From assembly GCA_964447495.1 (NCBI GenBank), contig CAYUTF010000058.1, positions 1 to 16,882 of the forward strand: a stretch of 16,882 nucleotides of DNA, written 5' to 3'. The DNA comes from an uncultured archaeon. GTDB taxonomy: Archaea > Asgardarchaeota > Lokiarchaeia > Sigyniarchaeales > SOKP01. The stretch's first letter is position 1, and every line of letters begins with the position of its first letter. The translations under genes were made by a program, and so were the position numbers. Shown here piece by piece: positions 15,986 through 16,882 of the stretch. Under the pieces are notes generated by a model that ran no database searches, was not told the origin of the DNA, and worked only from the letters and a program-made list of their open reading frames with translations.

Positions 15986-16005
15986 ATTTTTTAGGGGATA
16001 TAGAT

Positions 16006-16882
16006 ATGCCACCACACAGATATGTGAGTGAGAAAGAACATCATGAACATTTAGCGAAGTACAATATTAATGCTAATCGAGCGATGTTCACACTAGTTTT
16101 AAGCGTTTTAGTAGACGTATTTGGGTATAGTATGGTCTTACCACTTTTACCTCAAATAGGAAAAGTTTTTGGGGCTTCAGATATCTTGATTGGGATTTTA
16201 ATTTCATCTAACGCATTCTCTGCTCTAATTTTTGGGCCGATCTGGGGTAAGTTGAGTGATAAATTTGGAAGGAAACCGATTTTGCTTATTTCTCAAATTG
16301 GAACGGGAGTAGCATTTCTATTTCTTGCATTATCGCCTTCACTTGAAATGATATTTTTCTCAAGGATCTTTGACGGTATTTTTGGAGGACAGCTTCCAGT
16401 AATTCGAGCTTATATTTCAGATATTACTACAGCAGAAACCAGATCATCGCAAGTTGGAAAAATTATGGTGGGAAACACTCTTGGAATGATCTTAGGACCA
16501 AGTATAGGAGGATTACTTGGAGTGATAAATTGGCGTTTTCCTGGTTTCTTCGCAAGCGGATTATCGGTTATTTCTATTATTTTAACGCTTAAAGTTTTAG
16601 TTGAAAGTATGCCAAAGCAAAGAATTGCCGATCTCAAAGAGCAAATGAAAAGAATGCGGGACTCCCTTGAAGGGAAAGGAAGTATTTGGAATAAAGAGAT
16701 AGTAATACGCCTTTCTCAATTATTCTTGCTCTCTTTTACGACGATAATGCTAACTTCTAGCTTAGCTCTTGTGTTGGACAAACGATTTGGTGCTGATCCT
16801 TTAGCTATTGGCAGTGTAATGACGGTAGCGGGAATAATCGGGATATTTTATGGAGGATTTTTACTCAAATTCTTAATCAAAA
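16006..16882 (+). CDS. 3'-truncated MFS transporter, DHA1/TetA-like drug:H+ antiporter family
   Basis: Not in the ORF track. Manual translation gives MPPHRYVSEKEHHEHLAKY...VLVDVFGYSMVLPLLP, motif A GKLSDKFGRK, motif B SRIFDG, AYISD and motif C GMILGPSIGG. The frame is open to the window end, and AGGGGA lies upstream. Confidence 0.93.
   Translation, partial: MPPHRYVSEKEHHEHLAKYNINANRAMFTLVLSVLVDVFGYSMVLPLLPQIGKVFGASDILIGILISSNAFSALIFGPIWGKLSDKFGRKPILLISQIGTGVAFLFLALSPSLEMIFFSRIFDGIFGGQLPVIRAYISDITTAETRSSQVGKIMVGNTLGMILGPSIGGLLGVINWRFPGFFASGLSVISIILTLKVLVESMPKQRIADLKEQMKRMRDSLEGKGSIWNKEIVIRLSQLFLLSFTTIMLTSSLALVLDKRFGADPLAIGSVMTVAGIIGIFYGGFLLKFLIK

Noticed and set aside
10508-16637. Short ORF-track entries 10508..10738, 10626..10844, 11077..11316, 13393..13719, 13619..13801, 15140..15331, 16410..16637
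   Set aside because: All overlap real CDSs. 16410..16637 is antisense to the MFS gene that the track missed.
16006-16882. Assigning tetA / tetracycline resistance
   Set aside because: The motifs support the DHA1 family only; substrate cannot be inferred.

Overview
Very AT-rich, gene-dense archaeal-looking DNA with TATA-box promoters and oligo-T terminators. The protein families suggest Asgard archaea (Lokiarchaeia/Promethearchaeota-like); this is an inference, not proven. Three blocks are present. (1) <3-6950 (+): a closely spaced run of five genes, four of them membrane proteins. It centres on a 1269-aa membrane-anchored HerA/VirB4-like protein whose Walker A/B motifs are destroyed but whose arginine finger and sensor Gln are kept, and whose N-terminal TM+soluble module is duplicated. 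This is the best candidate for an undescribed system, possibly a Ced/T4SS-like or junction-like membrane machine. (2) 6955-11164: an unannotated 46-aa ORF with a good SD, a tandem GNAT, a Zn-binding PP-loop amidotransferase-like enzyme and a YghO/bacterial-ceramide-synthase-like double GNAT. (3) 11169->16882: a 1210-aa multi-Lrp/AsnC-like protein, a PNPOx-like split-barrel flavoprotein and a truncated TetA-like MFS transporter. The MFS gene is preceded by a long hairpin and a perfect 16-bp palindrome. No rRNA, tRNA, CRISPR array or transposase was seen. All domain calls are by-eye motif recognition and need HMM or structure confirmation.
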